A stretch of 64,000 nucleotides of DNA from an uncultured Elusimicrobia bacterium (GCA_903880015.1 CAIRNS010000028.1:66462-130461); one strand, 5' to 3'. Shown: positions 20,201 to 29,674, counted from the first letter of the stretch. The notes: generated from the sequence alone by a model not told the origin. A program made the numbers and translations.

Positions 20201-20799
20201 ATGATCCGTTTCTGGTCTTCCATCCCGTTGTCCATTACTTCCAGATAATAATTGTCCGCACCCATGAGGTCGCGGTAGGAAAGCGCGATACGCTCGGCGT
20301 CGTCTGTTTTTCCTTTTAACAGCGCCGAAGCTACTTCACCCGCCAGGCATCCGGACAGGGCTATGATGCCGGTATGATGTTTTTCAAGCAGTTCGCGGTC
20401 GATGCGGGGCTTGTAGTAAAACCCTTCAAGAAATCCCTTGCTGACCATTTCCATCAAGTTCTGATAACCCGTAAGGTCCTTGGCAAGCAATGTAAGGTGA
20501 TGATAATGCTCGGCGCTGCCGCCTTTTTCTGATTTTTTTTCGAAGCGCGAACCCGGAGCGACATAGGCTTCACAGCCGATGATTGGTTTTATCCCGGATT
20601 CCCGGCAGGCACTGTAAAACTCGACTGCGCCGTACATATTTCCGTGGTCGGTTATCGCCAGCGCCGGCATTTTAAATTCTTTGCCGATTACCTGCATGAG
20701 TTCCGCGGGCTTGTCTTTATCGTCGGTAATCCGACAGGCGCCGTCCAGAAGCGAGTATTCAGTATGATTATGCAAATGCACAAATTCCGCGCGCACCAT
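17287..20799 (-). CDS. dnaE: DNA polymerase III alpha subunit
   Basis: PHP domain (FVHLHNHTEYSLLDG), polymerase core (GPGRGSGAGS, PDLDIDF) and an OB fold. The start is taken at the internal Met, MVRAEFVHLH. Confidence 0.95.
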   Translation of the reverse strand: MVRAEFVHLHNHTEYSLLDGACRITDDKDKPAELMQVIGKEFKMPALAITDHGNMYGAVEFYSACRESGIKPIIGCEAYVAPGSRFEKKSEKGGSAEHYHHLTLLAKDLTGYQNLMEMVSKGFLEGFYYKPRIDRELLEKHHTGIIALSGCLAGEVASALLKGKTDDAERIALSYRDLMGADNYYLEVMDNGMEDQKRIIPHLMELSEKTGIPLVATNDCHYLRQADAYDQDILLCIGTGKNVSDPGRMKFSSDQFYYRSPDEMKKIFSYIPEAIKNTLVIAEKSNLEISFDQLLLPNYPVPKGTTAEKFLEKLCREGLQKRYPSVNKEHEQRLAHELSIINRMGFAAYFLIVWDFIHYAKSQGIPVGPGRGSGAGSIVAYALGITDICPLHYGLLFERFLNPDRRSMPDLDIDFADTGRDRVIEYVINKYGAENCAQIITFGSMQARLVIRDVGRVMGFTPQETTRIANLIPPGANVYAALQTTPELRTLSQSDERVRQLLVTSQKLEGLKRHTGVHAAGMVIANERITKYSPLAKGAKDVITTQYDGNILPKLGLLKVDFLGLRTLTVIDDAVRLIREKTPAFDLEKAPLNDEATYKLFHNAKTLGVFQLESKGMRDLLRKLIPTTIEDIIALISLYRPGPMGAGMIDLFVGRKHGKKQVTYDHAVLEPIIKDTYGVILYQEQVMRIATDMAGFSAGQADGLRKAMSKKIPEEIEKQRDNFITGAGKNKIEKKLAEKVFDQIVQFGGYGFNKSHAAAYGMLSYRTAFLKANYPQEYMTALLNAEIGHSAVVKEDEESKIVGYIHDAESMGIPILPPDIQTSFEQFSREGAAIRFGLVAIKNVGAGAAESIVQARKLKGSFKNWEDFIGRIDSKATNRKALESLIKAGACDSFGKPYTAIRATLTAQLDSSIGRAASQQKDTAIGQGLLFDEAAIVTVAPTATPAAAPLTEHDALTQEKEVLGFYLSGHPLSPHQHDLLAYSQYRLDKLPPGAADPRSSPMVRLAGMIASAKKLVTKEKKEPYARFKLEDLHGEVEVVVFPKSYANGLARYIVPNTVVVVKGKLSGRDGSTEMLAEEIMSLDEAKQRLTPVIGTIRLKISTPGLEDELLEKIKSIVETHPGKSPVIIDVAVPGYGEYSIETAMTVAFTPPFTRDIEILLGEESWELSSK

Positions 20800-20881
20800 A
20801 GTTTTGTCAACCTCTATTATATAGTTGTGTGGTTCATTATAATAAACCAACAAATATTAAGCAATGCTGTGTGAAGCGCTC

Positions 20882-21754
20882 CTACTGCTTTAACCAGAAC
20901 GGGAGGGTAATCAATTGCATGGCGACGATGGCGAGGAACGCATTGGGTATGCCCCAGGCGGGGATGAGTATGATGCCGAAAATCAGCGCGGTAACGGCGG
21001 CACCCATAGCTTGGGAGGCGTAGATGGAAACGCCGGAGCGATTGTTGATCAGGGGAAACTGGTATCCCAAAAGAAATCCTGAGCCCGCAACAAATCCTGC
21101 GTGCACCGCAAGTGGCTGAGGGCGGGTCATCAGCAGGCATCCTGCCATAGCCCACAGGGCGAACAAAAGTTCTGTGTCTAACAGGGGAAGGCGGAACCGC
21201 GATTTCGTCATAACCCCTGCCCCGCATGCCCGCGCGGCCAAGAAAAGGGCGACCGCCATGCCTAGCCAATGATACAGGGTGCCATGAACAACTTGAAAAC
21301 TCCAGAGGGTGGACAGAAATAATCCCATCGTAACTGCGCCCGATGAAAACGCGGCGCCGGTAAGGCCTGTGCGGAGATACACCAGCCACAATAACAGTAG
21401 CGCCAGTATTGTCCATGCATACCGCATGACCGTTGTATATATTGCCGTTGTTTGGGGCCGAGCTGTTGATTGCCGATACAGCAGTCCCCGCAACAATCCG
21501 TGAGGCGTGAAATCTCGGTTGCGATAGTTTTTTTCCGGCAAAGATTTGAACTGATCGTACAGCCACGCGGTTTTTTCCGGGTCCAGTGTGCGAAGAAGGT
21601 ATTCCTTAGACAGAAAAATCGGTTTTACCGCAAGCTGCTTAATGCGTCCGGCAACAATGACCGCCGGCGGCAACGGGGGGAAGAAGCGATGAATATATTG
21701 TTTTGCCCGGCGACGATGTGAACATCGGAAAATATTGCGTGAGCGGCTGTCCAT
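20882..21754 (-). CDS. Spermidine synthase-like protein, C-terminal membrane fragment (continues 21625-22950 after a 1-nt shift)
   Basis: It overlaps the upstream ORF by 130 nt in another frame. The reading frames join at the G6/C6 run 21675-21680. The C-terminal half is polytopic. Confidence 0.55.
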   Translation of the reverse strand: MDSRSRNIFRCSHRRRAKQYIHRFFPPLPPAVIVAGRIKQLAVKPIFLSKEYLLRTLDPEKTAWLYDQFKSLPEKNYRNRDFTPHGLLRGLLYRQSTARPQTTAIYTTVMRYAWTILALLLLWLVYLRTGLTGAAFSSGAVTMGLFLSTLWSFQVVHGTLYHWLGMAVALFLAARACGAGVMTKSRFRLPLLDTELLFALWAMAGCLLMTRPQPLAVHAGFVAGSGFLLGYQFPLINNRSGVSIYASQAMGAAVTALIFGIILIPAWGIPNAFLAIVAMQLITLPFWLKQ

Positions 21755-22950
21755 AAAGAATAATTAAGGTTGGTCATGACGGAGTCAAGATACACCAGCG
21801 CCCCGGGCGCCCTGAACGCTATCACGCCGGATTCATTAAGGGAGTGTTTCGTTGCGCGGAAAAATTCTTCCGTATAATATCGGTTGAGCCCCGCAGTTGT
21901 CGAATACGGCAGATTGATATATATCAGATCGAAACGGCTGTCAGTTGAAGAAAGAAACTTTCTGGCATCGGTAATGAGTGCCGGTACCGCAGGGGCGAGT
22001 GTAGTTGCGGCAAGAAAATTATTTTCAATATAGGTAATCTTTTCAATAGGTTCACGGCAGAGATACGGCAGTATCGGAGCGGCGCTGCCGATGACCAGAA
22101 CAGTTTTCGCGTGATGCTGGAACAGATACGGGATATAGGCAAATGACTCCGAGAATACCGCATTTTCGTCCGGCATTGAAGCCAAGGGAATGCCGTTTGA
22201 AAATGCGTGCAGTTCTCCGTTTCGTTCGGCGATAACGGCATGTCCGTAGGGTGAATAATGGGAAGCAATGATTCTGTATCCGGGAAAAGAGCTCAGGGCG
22301 AGGGTTGCGCTATCGATGGTTTTCGCTCCCCAGAAAAGCCCCGCCATAACGACTATGATGCCGGCAACCGCCATTGTTCTCAGGCGGGTTAGCCGACCGA
22401 TGAATAGCTGTTGCGTCAGAAGTAAAAAGATTGGTATCGCCAGACAAACCGACAGCACCATCAGTACCGCGTTGTTCATTGGCAGCATCAAATAGGTGAA
22501 GATAATTCCGCCAATGAGATAGCCACTTGCTTCAGAAAAATAGGCAGTTCTGATGTTTCCGGCGCAGGCGTATTGAAATCCGAAGAGTATGCCGAGCGGA
22601 ACGAACAACGCGAGAGAGCATGCCGGAACAATGATCAGCGATAGTCCCGTGTCGGGGATGGTTGCCGCTATGGGGCGCAGGAACCGAATGCCCAGAAAAA
22701 TAACCGGCAGAAGCCCTGTTGCGAAAATGAGCGGATAGCGCATAGCGTTCGTCGCCGACAACCGGTCCTTGTGTTTCGCGCTCAACAGGCTGCCGGCGGC
22801 TGTGCCCGTCAAGCAATAGAAGAATACCATGGCAATGGATAGCTCATTTCCCCGGAAAACAATCAGCATCTCCCGCAAGAGTATGGCTTGTGCAATAACG
22901 GCTACACATCCGCTGAAACCACATGCAAGCGCAAACAGGTATTTTCCCAT
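21625..22950 (-). CDS. Membrane-anchored spermidine synthase-like protein, N-terminal fragment (apparent frameshift with the next ORF)
   Basis: Multi-TM N-terminus plus a SpeE-like fold (VLVIGSAAP..., DLIYINLP, YYTEEFF). The ORF ends in junk (PRCRRRSLLP) after a homopolymer. Confidence 0.65.
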   Translation of the reverse strand: MGKYLFALACGFSGCVAVIAQAILLREMLIVFRGNELSIAMVFFYCLTGTAAGSLLSAKHKDRLSATNAMRYPLIFATGLLPVIFLGIRFLRPIAATIPDTGLSLIIVPACSLALFVPLGILFGFQYACAGNIRTAYFSEASGYLIGGIIFTYLMLPMNNAVLMVLSVCLAIPIFLLLTQQLFIGRLTRLRTMAVAGIIVVMAGLFWGAKTIDSATLALSSFPGYRIIASHYSPYGHAVIAERNGELHAFSNGIPLASMPDENAVFSESFAYIPYLFQHHAKTVLVIGSAAPILPYLCREPIEKITYIENNFLAATTLAPAVPALITDARKFLSSTDSRFDLIYINLPYSTTAGLNRYYTEEFFRATKHSLNESGVIAFRAPGALVYLDSVMTNLNYSLWTAAHAIFSDVHIVAGQNNIFIASSPRCRRRSLLPDALSSLR

Positions 22951-23055
22951 GCACCACAGTATACCTTAAAAGGCGCTCGAGTTCAAAACGATATCTCGGT
23001 GATTGTTGCGGTAAAATCAAGGGGAATATGATAGGCGGCCGCAACCGCCGGATTG

Positions 23056-23084
23056 TTGACATCAATTTTCAAAAAAGATAAGAT
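23056..23084 (+). promoter_or_regulatory. Candidate sigma70-like promoter
   Basis: TTGACA, 17-nt spacer, TAAGAT, about 35 nt upstream of the ATG at 23120. Confidence 0.35.
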
Positions 23085-23119
23085 AACACAAAATACGGTA
23101 TTGACGGGACGAGGGAAAA

Positions 23120-23815
23120 ATGACTACTAAACACTGGTGCGTTGTAGGTGCGATACTTTTGAGCATGGCATTGCCTCTGGGCGCAACGCCGACGGGATTT
23201 ACCATTGATACGCCGACGACTGAAGTGCTGGATTACGGCAGTTATCATTTGGGATTCAGGCTTTTTTCCGACGGCGGTATTTTGACCCGCATGAATTTCG
23301 GTGTTTTTAAAATTGTCAATCTGGGCATTGGTTGGGAAGTTGACAAAGTCATCGGCGCGCAGAATATGGTCGTGGGGCCGCCCGCACTGTACTTAAAAGT
23401 AAAACCATTCAATGGCGGCATGATCCTGCCGGCACTGGCATTGGGTTACGACGGACAGGGATATTTTTGGAACAAAGATGCACGGGAGTTCACCCAGAAA
23501 GAAAAAGGCATTTTTGTGGTGATGGGCCGCGAATATTTTGTGCCGGGGCTGGAACTGAGCTTTGGCGCGAACATGAATGATTTTACCACCAATAAAGTAT
23601 TCGGATTTACCAGCGCCAGTCTTAATATCGAAGATGATTTTTATTTTCTCGCCGAGTACGACAATGTCAATAATTTCCCGGATGCCCGTCTTAACGCCGG
23701 TATCCGGTTTTTTGTTGCTCCGGCCGTTGGCATCGACATAGCTGCACGCGATATTGTCGGCGCCGGCCGCGTTGTCGAGCGGGTTGTCGCCATTAATTAT
23801 TCCGGAAAATTCTAA
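23120..23815 (+). CDS. Putative outer-membrane beta-barrel protein
   Basis: Signal peptide (MALPLGA), amphipathic beta-strand periodicity and a C-terminal ...INYSGKF. Confidence 0.4.
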   Translation: MTTKHWCVVGAILLSMALPLGATPTGFTIDTPTTEVLDYGSYHLGFRLFSDGGILTRMNFGVFKIVNLGIGWEVDKVIGAQNMVVGPPALYLKVKPFNGGMILPALALGYDGQGYFWNKDAREFTQKEKGIFVVMGREYFVPGLELSFGANMNDFTTNKVFGFTSASLNIEDDFYFLAEYDNVNNFPDARLNAGIRFFVAPAVGIDIAARDIVGAGRVVERVVAINYSGKF

Positions 23816-23819
23816 CTAT

Positions 23820-24833
23820 ATGATAGACGAAATCGAAACGATCACCCTCGAGTTTGAAAAACCCCTGCGGGAACTTGAAATCCAGATTGCGGATTTGCAA
23901 ACCGCCAGCCAGTCGGGCGTAGCGGACAGCGTTCCCGCACTCGGTGTTTTGGAAGAAAAATACCGGGCGCTGCGCGGCGAGATTTACGGGTCGCTGACTC
24001 CGTGGCAGCGCGTACAGCTGGCTCGTCATCCCCAACGCCCGTACATGATGGACTATGTCAACGCTCTGTTTACTGATTTTGTCGAACTGCACGGCGACCG
24101 GTCCTACGGCGACGATAAATCGATTGTTGCCGGGATGGCTGTTATAGACGGGAAACCGGTTGTCGTCATCGGCCAGCAGAAAGGCCGTAATCTGCACGAA
24201 AATATCGGCCGCAATTTCGCTATGGCGCATCCGGAAGGATACCGCAAAGCGTTGCGGGTGATGAAATTTGCCGAAAAATTCAATAAGCCGGTTATCACCT
24301 TTATAGACACTCCCGGCGCCTATCCCGGAATTGCCGCTGAAGAACGCGGTCAGGCGGAAGCTATCGCCCGGAATTTGCGTGAAATGGCCAGTTTGAAAAT
24401 ACCGGTCATCAGCATCGTCATCGGCGAGGGCGGGTCCGGCGGAGCGCTCGGCATCGGGATTGCCAACCGGATTTTGATGCTCGAGAATGCGTATTATTCC
24501 GTTATATCGCCGGAAGGGTGCGCGGCAATACTTTTTCGCGATGCCACGCGGGCGCAGGATGCGGCAACGGCGCTCAAAATAACGGCGGAAGACCTGGTGC
24601 GCTCGGGAGTTGTGGACGAAATAATCAAAGAACCGCTGGGCGGCGCTCATCGTGATTTTGCGACAACAACTGAGAATGTCAAACAGGTTCTGTTAAAACA
24701 TTTAAGTGCCTTAAACGCGATGTCGCCGCAGGAGTTGGAGCAGGCGCGTTATGCAAAATTCAGAAATATGGGCGTGTACACGGAAGAAGCCGTGCCGGCG
24801 CCGATTAAAATTAAAAAGAAAAAAACAAAATAA
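23820..24833 (+). CDS. accA: Acetyl-CoA carboxylase carboxyltransferase alpha subunit
   Basis: [27 protein letters not shown] and [10 protein letters not shown] motifs. The start is taken at the internal Met. Confidence 0.9.
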   Translation: MIDEIETITLEFEKPLRELEIQIADLQTASQSGVADSVPALGVLEEKYRALRGEIYGSLTPWQRVQLARHPQRPYMMDYVNALFTDFVELHGDRSYGDDKSIVAGMAVIDGKPVVVIGQQKGRNLHENIGRNFAMAHPEGYRKALRVMKFAEKFNKPVITFIDTPGAYPGIAAEERGQAEAIARNLREMASLKIPVISIVIGEGGSGGALGIGIANRILMLENAYYSVISPEGCAAILFRDATRAQDAATALKITAEDLVRSGVVDEIIKEPLGGAHRDFATTTENVKQVLLKHLSALNAMSPQELEQARYAKFRNMGVYTEEAVPAPIKIKKKKTK

Positions 24834-24872
24834 CTGCCCTGCACGGCAGCAGCAGTGAAAGCGAGGAAGAAG

Positions 24873-25865
24873 ATGTCATTAGTACCCATGAAGCAGATTC
24901 TCGACGAGGCACGGAAAAAAGGATATGGCGTTGGTGCGTTCAATGTCAACAATATGGAGCAGGTACAGGCGATTATGGCCGCCGCGCAGAAAACGAAATC
25001 ACCGGTGATCATTCAGGCAAGCCGGGGCGCGCTGAAATACAGTAACTTTACCTATCTCAAACACCTGATGCTGGCAGCGGTTGAAGAAAATCCGAATATT
25101 CCGATGGCGATGCATCTGGATCACGGCAATTCGCTGGATTCCGTTAAGAAGGCGATATCGCTGGGTTTCTCGTCAGTTATGATAGACGGTTCGCTTTTGG
25201 AAGATGGTAAAACAGCTTCGGATTACGACTATAATGTGAAGGTTACGCGCTCCGTCGTGGAATACGCGCATCAGTATGGCGTGACCGTCGAAGGTGAGAT
25301 CGGGACGCTGGGCGGTATCGAAGACGGCGTCGGATCGGGATCCATCCATCTTACCGACCCTGCTGAAGCGAAAAGATTTGTCGACGCGACCGGTCTTGAT
25401 GCGCTGGCAATCGCCATCGGGACATCCCACGGCGCCTATAAATTCAAAGGGTCGACGAACCTCGCATTCAATGTCCTCAAAGAAGTACGCGCGCTGATTA
25501 CTATTCCCCTGGTACTTCACGGTGCATCTTCCGTCCCCAAGGAATTAATCGACGCCGTCAATCAATACGGAGGGAAAATGCCGGGAGCGACCGGGGTCCC
25601 CATGAAAGAACTGCAGGAAGCCATTACGCTGGGCGTATCGAAAATCAATGTTGATACCGATGGTCGCTTGGCGATCACCGCGGCAATTCGCAAGGTATTT
25701 GCTACTGAGCCGGAAAAGTTTGATCCGCGCGATTATCTGGGACCTGCCCGGGACACTCTGACGGGAATTATTGCCGGAAAGATGAATGATTTTGGCACTG
25801 CGGGGCACGCAAGCGATTATCAACCGTTGTCTTTGGCTGACATGAAAAAAGTTTATGCCAAATAA
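24873..25865 (+). CDS. fba: Class II fructose-bisphosphate aldolase
   Basis: GAFNVNNMEQ, HLDHG, GEIG..GG, AIGTSHGAYKF and LVLHGASS motifs. Confidence 0.9.
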   Translation: MSLVPMKQILDEARKKGYGVGAFNVNNMEQVQAIMAAAQKTKSPVIIQASRGALKYSNFTYLKHLMLAAVEENPNIPMAMHLDHGNSLDSVKKAISLGFSSVMIDGSLLEDGKTASDYDYNVKVTRSVVEYAHQYGVTVEGEIGTLGGIEDGVGSGSIHLTDPAEAKRFVDATGLDALAIAIGTSHGAYKFKGSTNLAFNVLKEVRALITIPLVLHGASSVPKELIDAVNQYGGKMPGATGVPMKELQEAITLGVSKINVDTDGRLAITAAIRKVFATEPEKFDPRDYLGPARDTLTGIIAGKMNDFGTAGHASDYQPLSLADMKKVYAK

Positions 25866-25868
25866 CTG

Positions 25869-25897
25869 TTGACAAAGTATAGGGTGTCTGCTATAAT
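25869..25897 (+). promoter_or_regulatory. Consensus sigma70 promoter
   Basis: TTGACA (25869-25874), exactly 17 nt, TATAAT (25892-25897). About 100 nt of leader runs to the ATG at 25996. Confidence 0.55.
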
Positions 25898-25995
25898 TCC
25901 TTTGAAGAATGATTGCAATAACAATAATTTTGGGGAGGTGATGAGTCCCTCATGCGTGCGTAGTCGCCGTAAAAAAATAATAGGAGGCAAACAAC

Positions 25996-26283
25996 ATGTC
26001 AAAGTATGAAGTTAAAGAGATTGCTGTTATGTCCATTATCAAAAATTTCCCCATTGTGTTCGGTATCCTCGGCGCGGTCATCGGTATCTTTACATTTTTT
26101 CTGTTCCCGACTGAAATTGCTCGTAATCTTTCATTCGGCGCCCGTCTCTTGTCGTGGCTGATTTTCGTCGTTCTCTACACCTTGATCATGGTTCTCGGGC
26201 TTATGCTGATTTCCTGGTTGTATAATTGGGTGGTTGGCAAAGTCGGCGGCGTGGTCATCGGACTTGAACAGCACGAAGATTAA
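25996..26283 (+). CDS. Small three-TM membrane protein of unknown function
   Basis: GGAGG lies 8 nt upstream. 95 aa, with its own promoter and terminator. Confidence 0.5.
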   Translation: MSKYEVKEIAVMSIIKNFPIVFGILGAVIGIFTFFLFPTEIARNLSFGARLLSWLIFVVLYTLIMVLGLMLISWLYNWVVGKVGGVVIGLEQHED

Positions 26284-26302
26284 TTTTATTATCAGTTAGC
26301 AT

Positions 26303-26350
26303 AACGGTTGTGTCATGGCTGGCAACAGCCGTGGCACAGCCGTTTTTGTT
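26303..26350 (+). terminator. Intrinsic terminator
   Basis: Long hairpin AACGGTTGTG..CATGGCTG-GCAA-CAGCCGTG..CACAGCCGTT followed by a T-run. Confidence 0.65.
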
Positions 26351-26403
26351 GTTTCTTTTACTATTAGTATTATAAAGGCGACTTATTAACCACACTAACT
26401 ATC

Positions 26404-27826
26404 ATGACACTCCGTACTAAATTTTCTCTGTCGGCCTCAATCCTCATTGTGGGCATTATTCTGGGGATATCGGTCAATATCTTTATTGCGCAGAAAAAAT
26501 TTCTTGCCGATCAGCTCGAAGAGAGCCGCAGTCGTATTTTCCGGGACTTCATTTATACCTGCAGCGAAGCGCTGGTTGTCAAAGATGAGATACAGGTCTT
26601 TAACACCACCAAATCAATCATCAAAACGCATAATCCCGCAATTGTATATGCCGGCTATCTTTCTGCGACCGATACCGCATTTTTCAGCACACGCGATCAG
26701 GAGCAGATGGAGGGATTAAAAATGCGGATGGTTCGCGCTGAGATGGCGGGCACGGATGATTATACTGCGTCTACCGGCGAGATGATCCGGGAATTCGGCA
26801 TGCCTTTTTATATCAAAGAGCGCTATGCCGGGACGATCCGGGCCGGGTTTTCTCAAAGCTACTTTGATGAGCAGGTCAAGGAAGGTCTTTCTGCTATCAC
26901 CCGCAAGATTCAGGGCGTTGCGATAATCGCTCTGCTTATCGGCATTTTGGCTGCAAACGCCTTGGCGTTTTATCTCAACAAGCCCATCCGGGAGCTGGCT
27001 TCCGCAGCCGACGATATCGGGCAAGGGAATCTAAACCGGAAGGTGGAGATTGATCGCGACGACGAGCTCGGAAAACTGGGGCGTGCGTTTAACGAGATGG
27101 TGCGAAAATTGCGCGAGCTCGACGAGCTAAAAGACGGATTTGTTTCCAGTGTTTCCCATGAATTGCGGTCGCCGCTGGCAGCCATTGACGGTTATTGCGA
27201 TTATCTTATAGAAGGACTCGAAAGAAATCTGGCAAGAGAAAAACAGGAAAAAAGTTTGCGGATCATGAAGGATGCCACGGTGCGCCTGACAAATTTTATC
27301 AATAATATCTTGGACATCGCCAAGATAAAGGCAGGCCGGTTTGAGTTGCGGCGGATGCCGGTCAACATTACCGAACTCTCCCAGGAGATCGTCGCGTTGT
27401 TTGCGTCTCTTGCGGCCCAGCAGAAAAAGACCGTTACCATGGACATGACGGATGCTTTACCGAATCTTGACGCCGATCCTGAAAAAATCAAGCAGGTTAT
27501 TACCAATCTTATCGGCAATTCATTGAAATTTACGCCGGAAAATGCATCGATCACCATTAGTGCTCACCTGGCTTCAAATCCTCACTTTGTGGAAGTATGG
27601 GTCACTGATACGGGTGTGGGAATCCCGGCGGACGCCGTGGATAAAGTGTTTGAAAAATTTTATCAGGTAAAAGAAAGCGAAATGAAAAAGCCCCCGGGAA
27701 CGGGACTGGGCTTGGCGATTGTTTCCGAGATTGTGCGGTTGCATGACGGCAAGATATGGGTTGAAAGTAAACTGGGGTGTCGGATCAGTATTCAAGTTTA
27801 CTTTGCCTGTTTGGAAAAATACATAA
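26404..27826 (+). CDS. Sensor histidine kinase (TM, sensor region, HAMP, HisKA, HATPase); needs a 1-nt frame correction at 27774-27777
   Basis: H-box SHELRSPL, N-box NLIGNSLKFT, G1 DTGVGI. The canonical G2/C-terminus GVGSVFKFTLPVWKNT-stop is only read in the +1 frame after the GGGG run. Confidence 0.8.
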
Positions 27827-27828
27827 TC

Positions 27829-28758
27829 ATGGTAAAAATACTGGTTGTCGATGACGAAGCCCCACTGCGCGAAATGCTGCGCGATGTGCTTGAGATGGCC
27901 GACTTCGAGGTGGAGACCGCCGATAATGGTGCGCTGGGTCTTGAGAAACTGCGTTCTTCTCCCCCTGATTTGATGTTGCTGGACTGTTCCATGCCGGTTA
28001 TGGACGGCTATGAAACGCTCGAACATATGCGCCGGGATACGATGCTGGTCAACATGCCGGTTATTATGCTGACCGTCTTAAGCGGCGAACAGAACGAGAT
28101 TAAGGGATTGCGGTACGGCGTGGATGATTATATTACAAAGCCCTTTAAACCGTCGGTACTGCTTGCCAGGGTCCGCAGGGTCTTGGTCAGGAAAAAGCTC
28201 AATATCAGCGCCAATCCGCTGACAGAACTGGCGGGGAACGCCATGATCAAGGCAGAAGTTGAAAAACGGTTGGCTGCCGGATCCGCGTTCGCTATGGTGT
28301 ACATCGACCTCAATCATTTCAAGAGTTTCAACGATAAATACGGATTTCTCCGCGGGGATGAAATCATCAAACATACGGCAGGCGTGCTTACCCGTGCGGT
28401 GAAGTCGCAGGGCGAGAAGGGTGATTTTGTCGGACATATTGGCGGGGATGATTTTATCGTGGTGACAACGCCGGAGAAAGCGCCGGTTATCTGCCGGTCA
28501 GTCATTGCGGAATTTGATTCTTCTGTACCGGCATTTTATAATCAGGAGGATCGCGCTCTTGGCTATATCATGGCGGTTGACCGCACTAACACGGTCCATA
28601 AATTTTCGCTTATGACCATATCTCTGGCGGTGGTATCCACTCAGAATCAGCCGGTGAAATGCTATGCGGAGCTGGCCGAGATTGCGGCGGGATTAAAAAA
28701 ACGGGCAAAAGAAGCGAATGCCAGCGCATGGGTTTCCAATACCAATGAAAAAATATAA
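27829..28758 (+). CDS. Response regulator: REC domain plus GGDEF-like domain with a GGDDF motif
   Basis: REC (VVDDE...DLMLLDCSMPVMDG...KP). Then NPLTELAGN, YIDLNHFKSFNDKYGFLRGD and GHIGGDDF (28441-28455). Confidence 0.8.
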   Translation: MVKILVVDDEAPLREMLRDVLEMADFEVETADNGALGLEKLRSSPPDLMLLDCSMPVMDGYETLEHMRRDTMLVNMPVIMLTVLSGEQNEIKGLRYGVDDYITKPFKPSVLLARVRRVLVRKKLNISANPLTELAGNAMIKAEVEKRLAAGSAFAMVYIDLNHFKSFNDKYGFLRGDEIIKHTAGVLTRAVKSQGEKGDFVGHIGGDDFIVVTTPEKAPVICRSVIAEFDSSVPAFYNQEDRALGYIMAVDRTNTVHKFSLMTISLAVVSTQNQPVKCYAELAEIAAGLKKRAKEANASAWVSNTNEKI

Positions 28759-29674
28759 AATTCTCGCCATTGATGATTCTCCTGAATTTATCGAAACCGT
28801 CAAGGCGGTGTTTCTCCTGTCGGACATGGAAGTGATCGCTGCGTACGGCGGCCGGGAAGGTCTCGAGAAAATTTATGCGGAGTCTCCGGATATTGTGCTC
28901 TTGGACTGCATGATGCCTGACATGGACGGATATGCCGTCATAAAGCTCATGCGGGATGACCCTGTTTTGTATAATCTTCCGGTCATAATGCTGACAGCCA
29001 GGAACGGCGAAAGTGATGAAATCAAAGGGTTATCATTCGGCATTGACGATTATGTCGTCAAACCGTTTAATCCGACGGTTCTTGTCGCCCGTGTGAAGGC
29101 TATACTTGACCGCAAGGCGCAGAGCACCAACGCCAATCCCTTGACATTCCTGGCAGGGAATCTGGTGATTAAAGACAATGCTGAGAAAAAAATAGCCGCG
29201 GGCATTCCGTTTGCCATGATGTACATCGATCTCAATGATTTCAAGAGCTACAACGATCGGTACGGGTTTGAGCGCGGCGACGGGGTGATTAAACATACCG
29301 CCTCGGTTTTGATCAAAGCGGTCGCAGAGTGCGGGCAGAAAGAAGATTTCATCGGGCACATAGGGGGTGATGATTTTATTATTCTCACGACACCGGACCA
29401 CTATGCGGCGCTTGCCGATCGGATTATTGCCTATTTCGATGAAAGCATTGTTCAGTTCTATGATGTGGAAGACCGGAGCAGAGGATACATTGTGTCGGTC
29501 GACCGCAGAAATACCATCAAACAATTTTCATTTATGACCATTTCGGTAGCCATTATTTCGACGGCTCAGACCAGAATAGTTCATTACGGACAGTTGAGCG
29601 AGATTGCAATGGAACTCAAAAAATTGGCAAAAAAATCTAACACGAGCACGGCGCTCGTGGACAGGCGGAAATGA
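28745..29674 (+). CDS. Response regulator: REC domain plus GGDEF-like domain with a GGDDF motif (paralog of the previous gene)
   Basis: Same architecture as 27829-28758, with GHIGGDDF at 29363-29377. The start overlaps the previous stop by 14 nt. Confidence 0.8.
   Translation: MKKYKILAIDDSPEFIETVKAVFLLSDMEVIAAYGGREGLEKIYAESPDIVLLDCMMPDMDGYAVIKLMRDDPVLYNLPVIMLTARNGESDEIKGLSFGIDDYVVKPFNPTVLVARVKAILDRKAQSTNANPLTFLAGNLVIKDNAEKKIAAGIPFAMMYIDLNDFKSYNDRYGFERGDGVIKHTASVLIKAVAECGQKEDFIGHIGGDDFIILTTPDHYAALADRIIAYFDESIVQFYDVEDRSRGYIVSVDRRNTIKQFSFMTISVAIISTAQTRIVHYGQLSEIAMELKKLAKKSNTSTALVDRRK

Noticed and set aside
20817-21566. A 249-aa minus-strand ORF in a third frame over the spermidine-synthase-like C-terminal fragment.
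   Set aside because: The translation is Arg/Pro-rich and the ORF overlaps a membrane-protein frame with clear TM periodicity.
25941-26009. A 22-codon upstream ORF (MSPSCVRSRRKKIIGGKQHVKV) in the leader of the small membrane protein gene.
   Set aside because: The GGAGG lies only 2 nt from its ATG (poor spacing), and the conservation of this ORF cannot be assessed here. It is kept only as a remote possibility of a leader peptide.
26404-28758. A single 784-aa ORF suggesting a hybrid HK-REC-GGDEF protein.
   Set aside because: The conserved HATPase C-terminus and a stop codon appear in the +1 frame after a GGGG run, and an ATG with normal REC N-terminus follows at 27829. It is better explained as two genes plus a 1-nt error.
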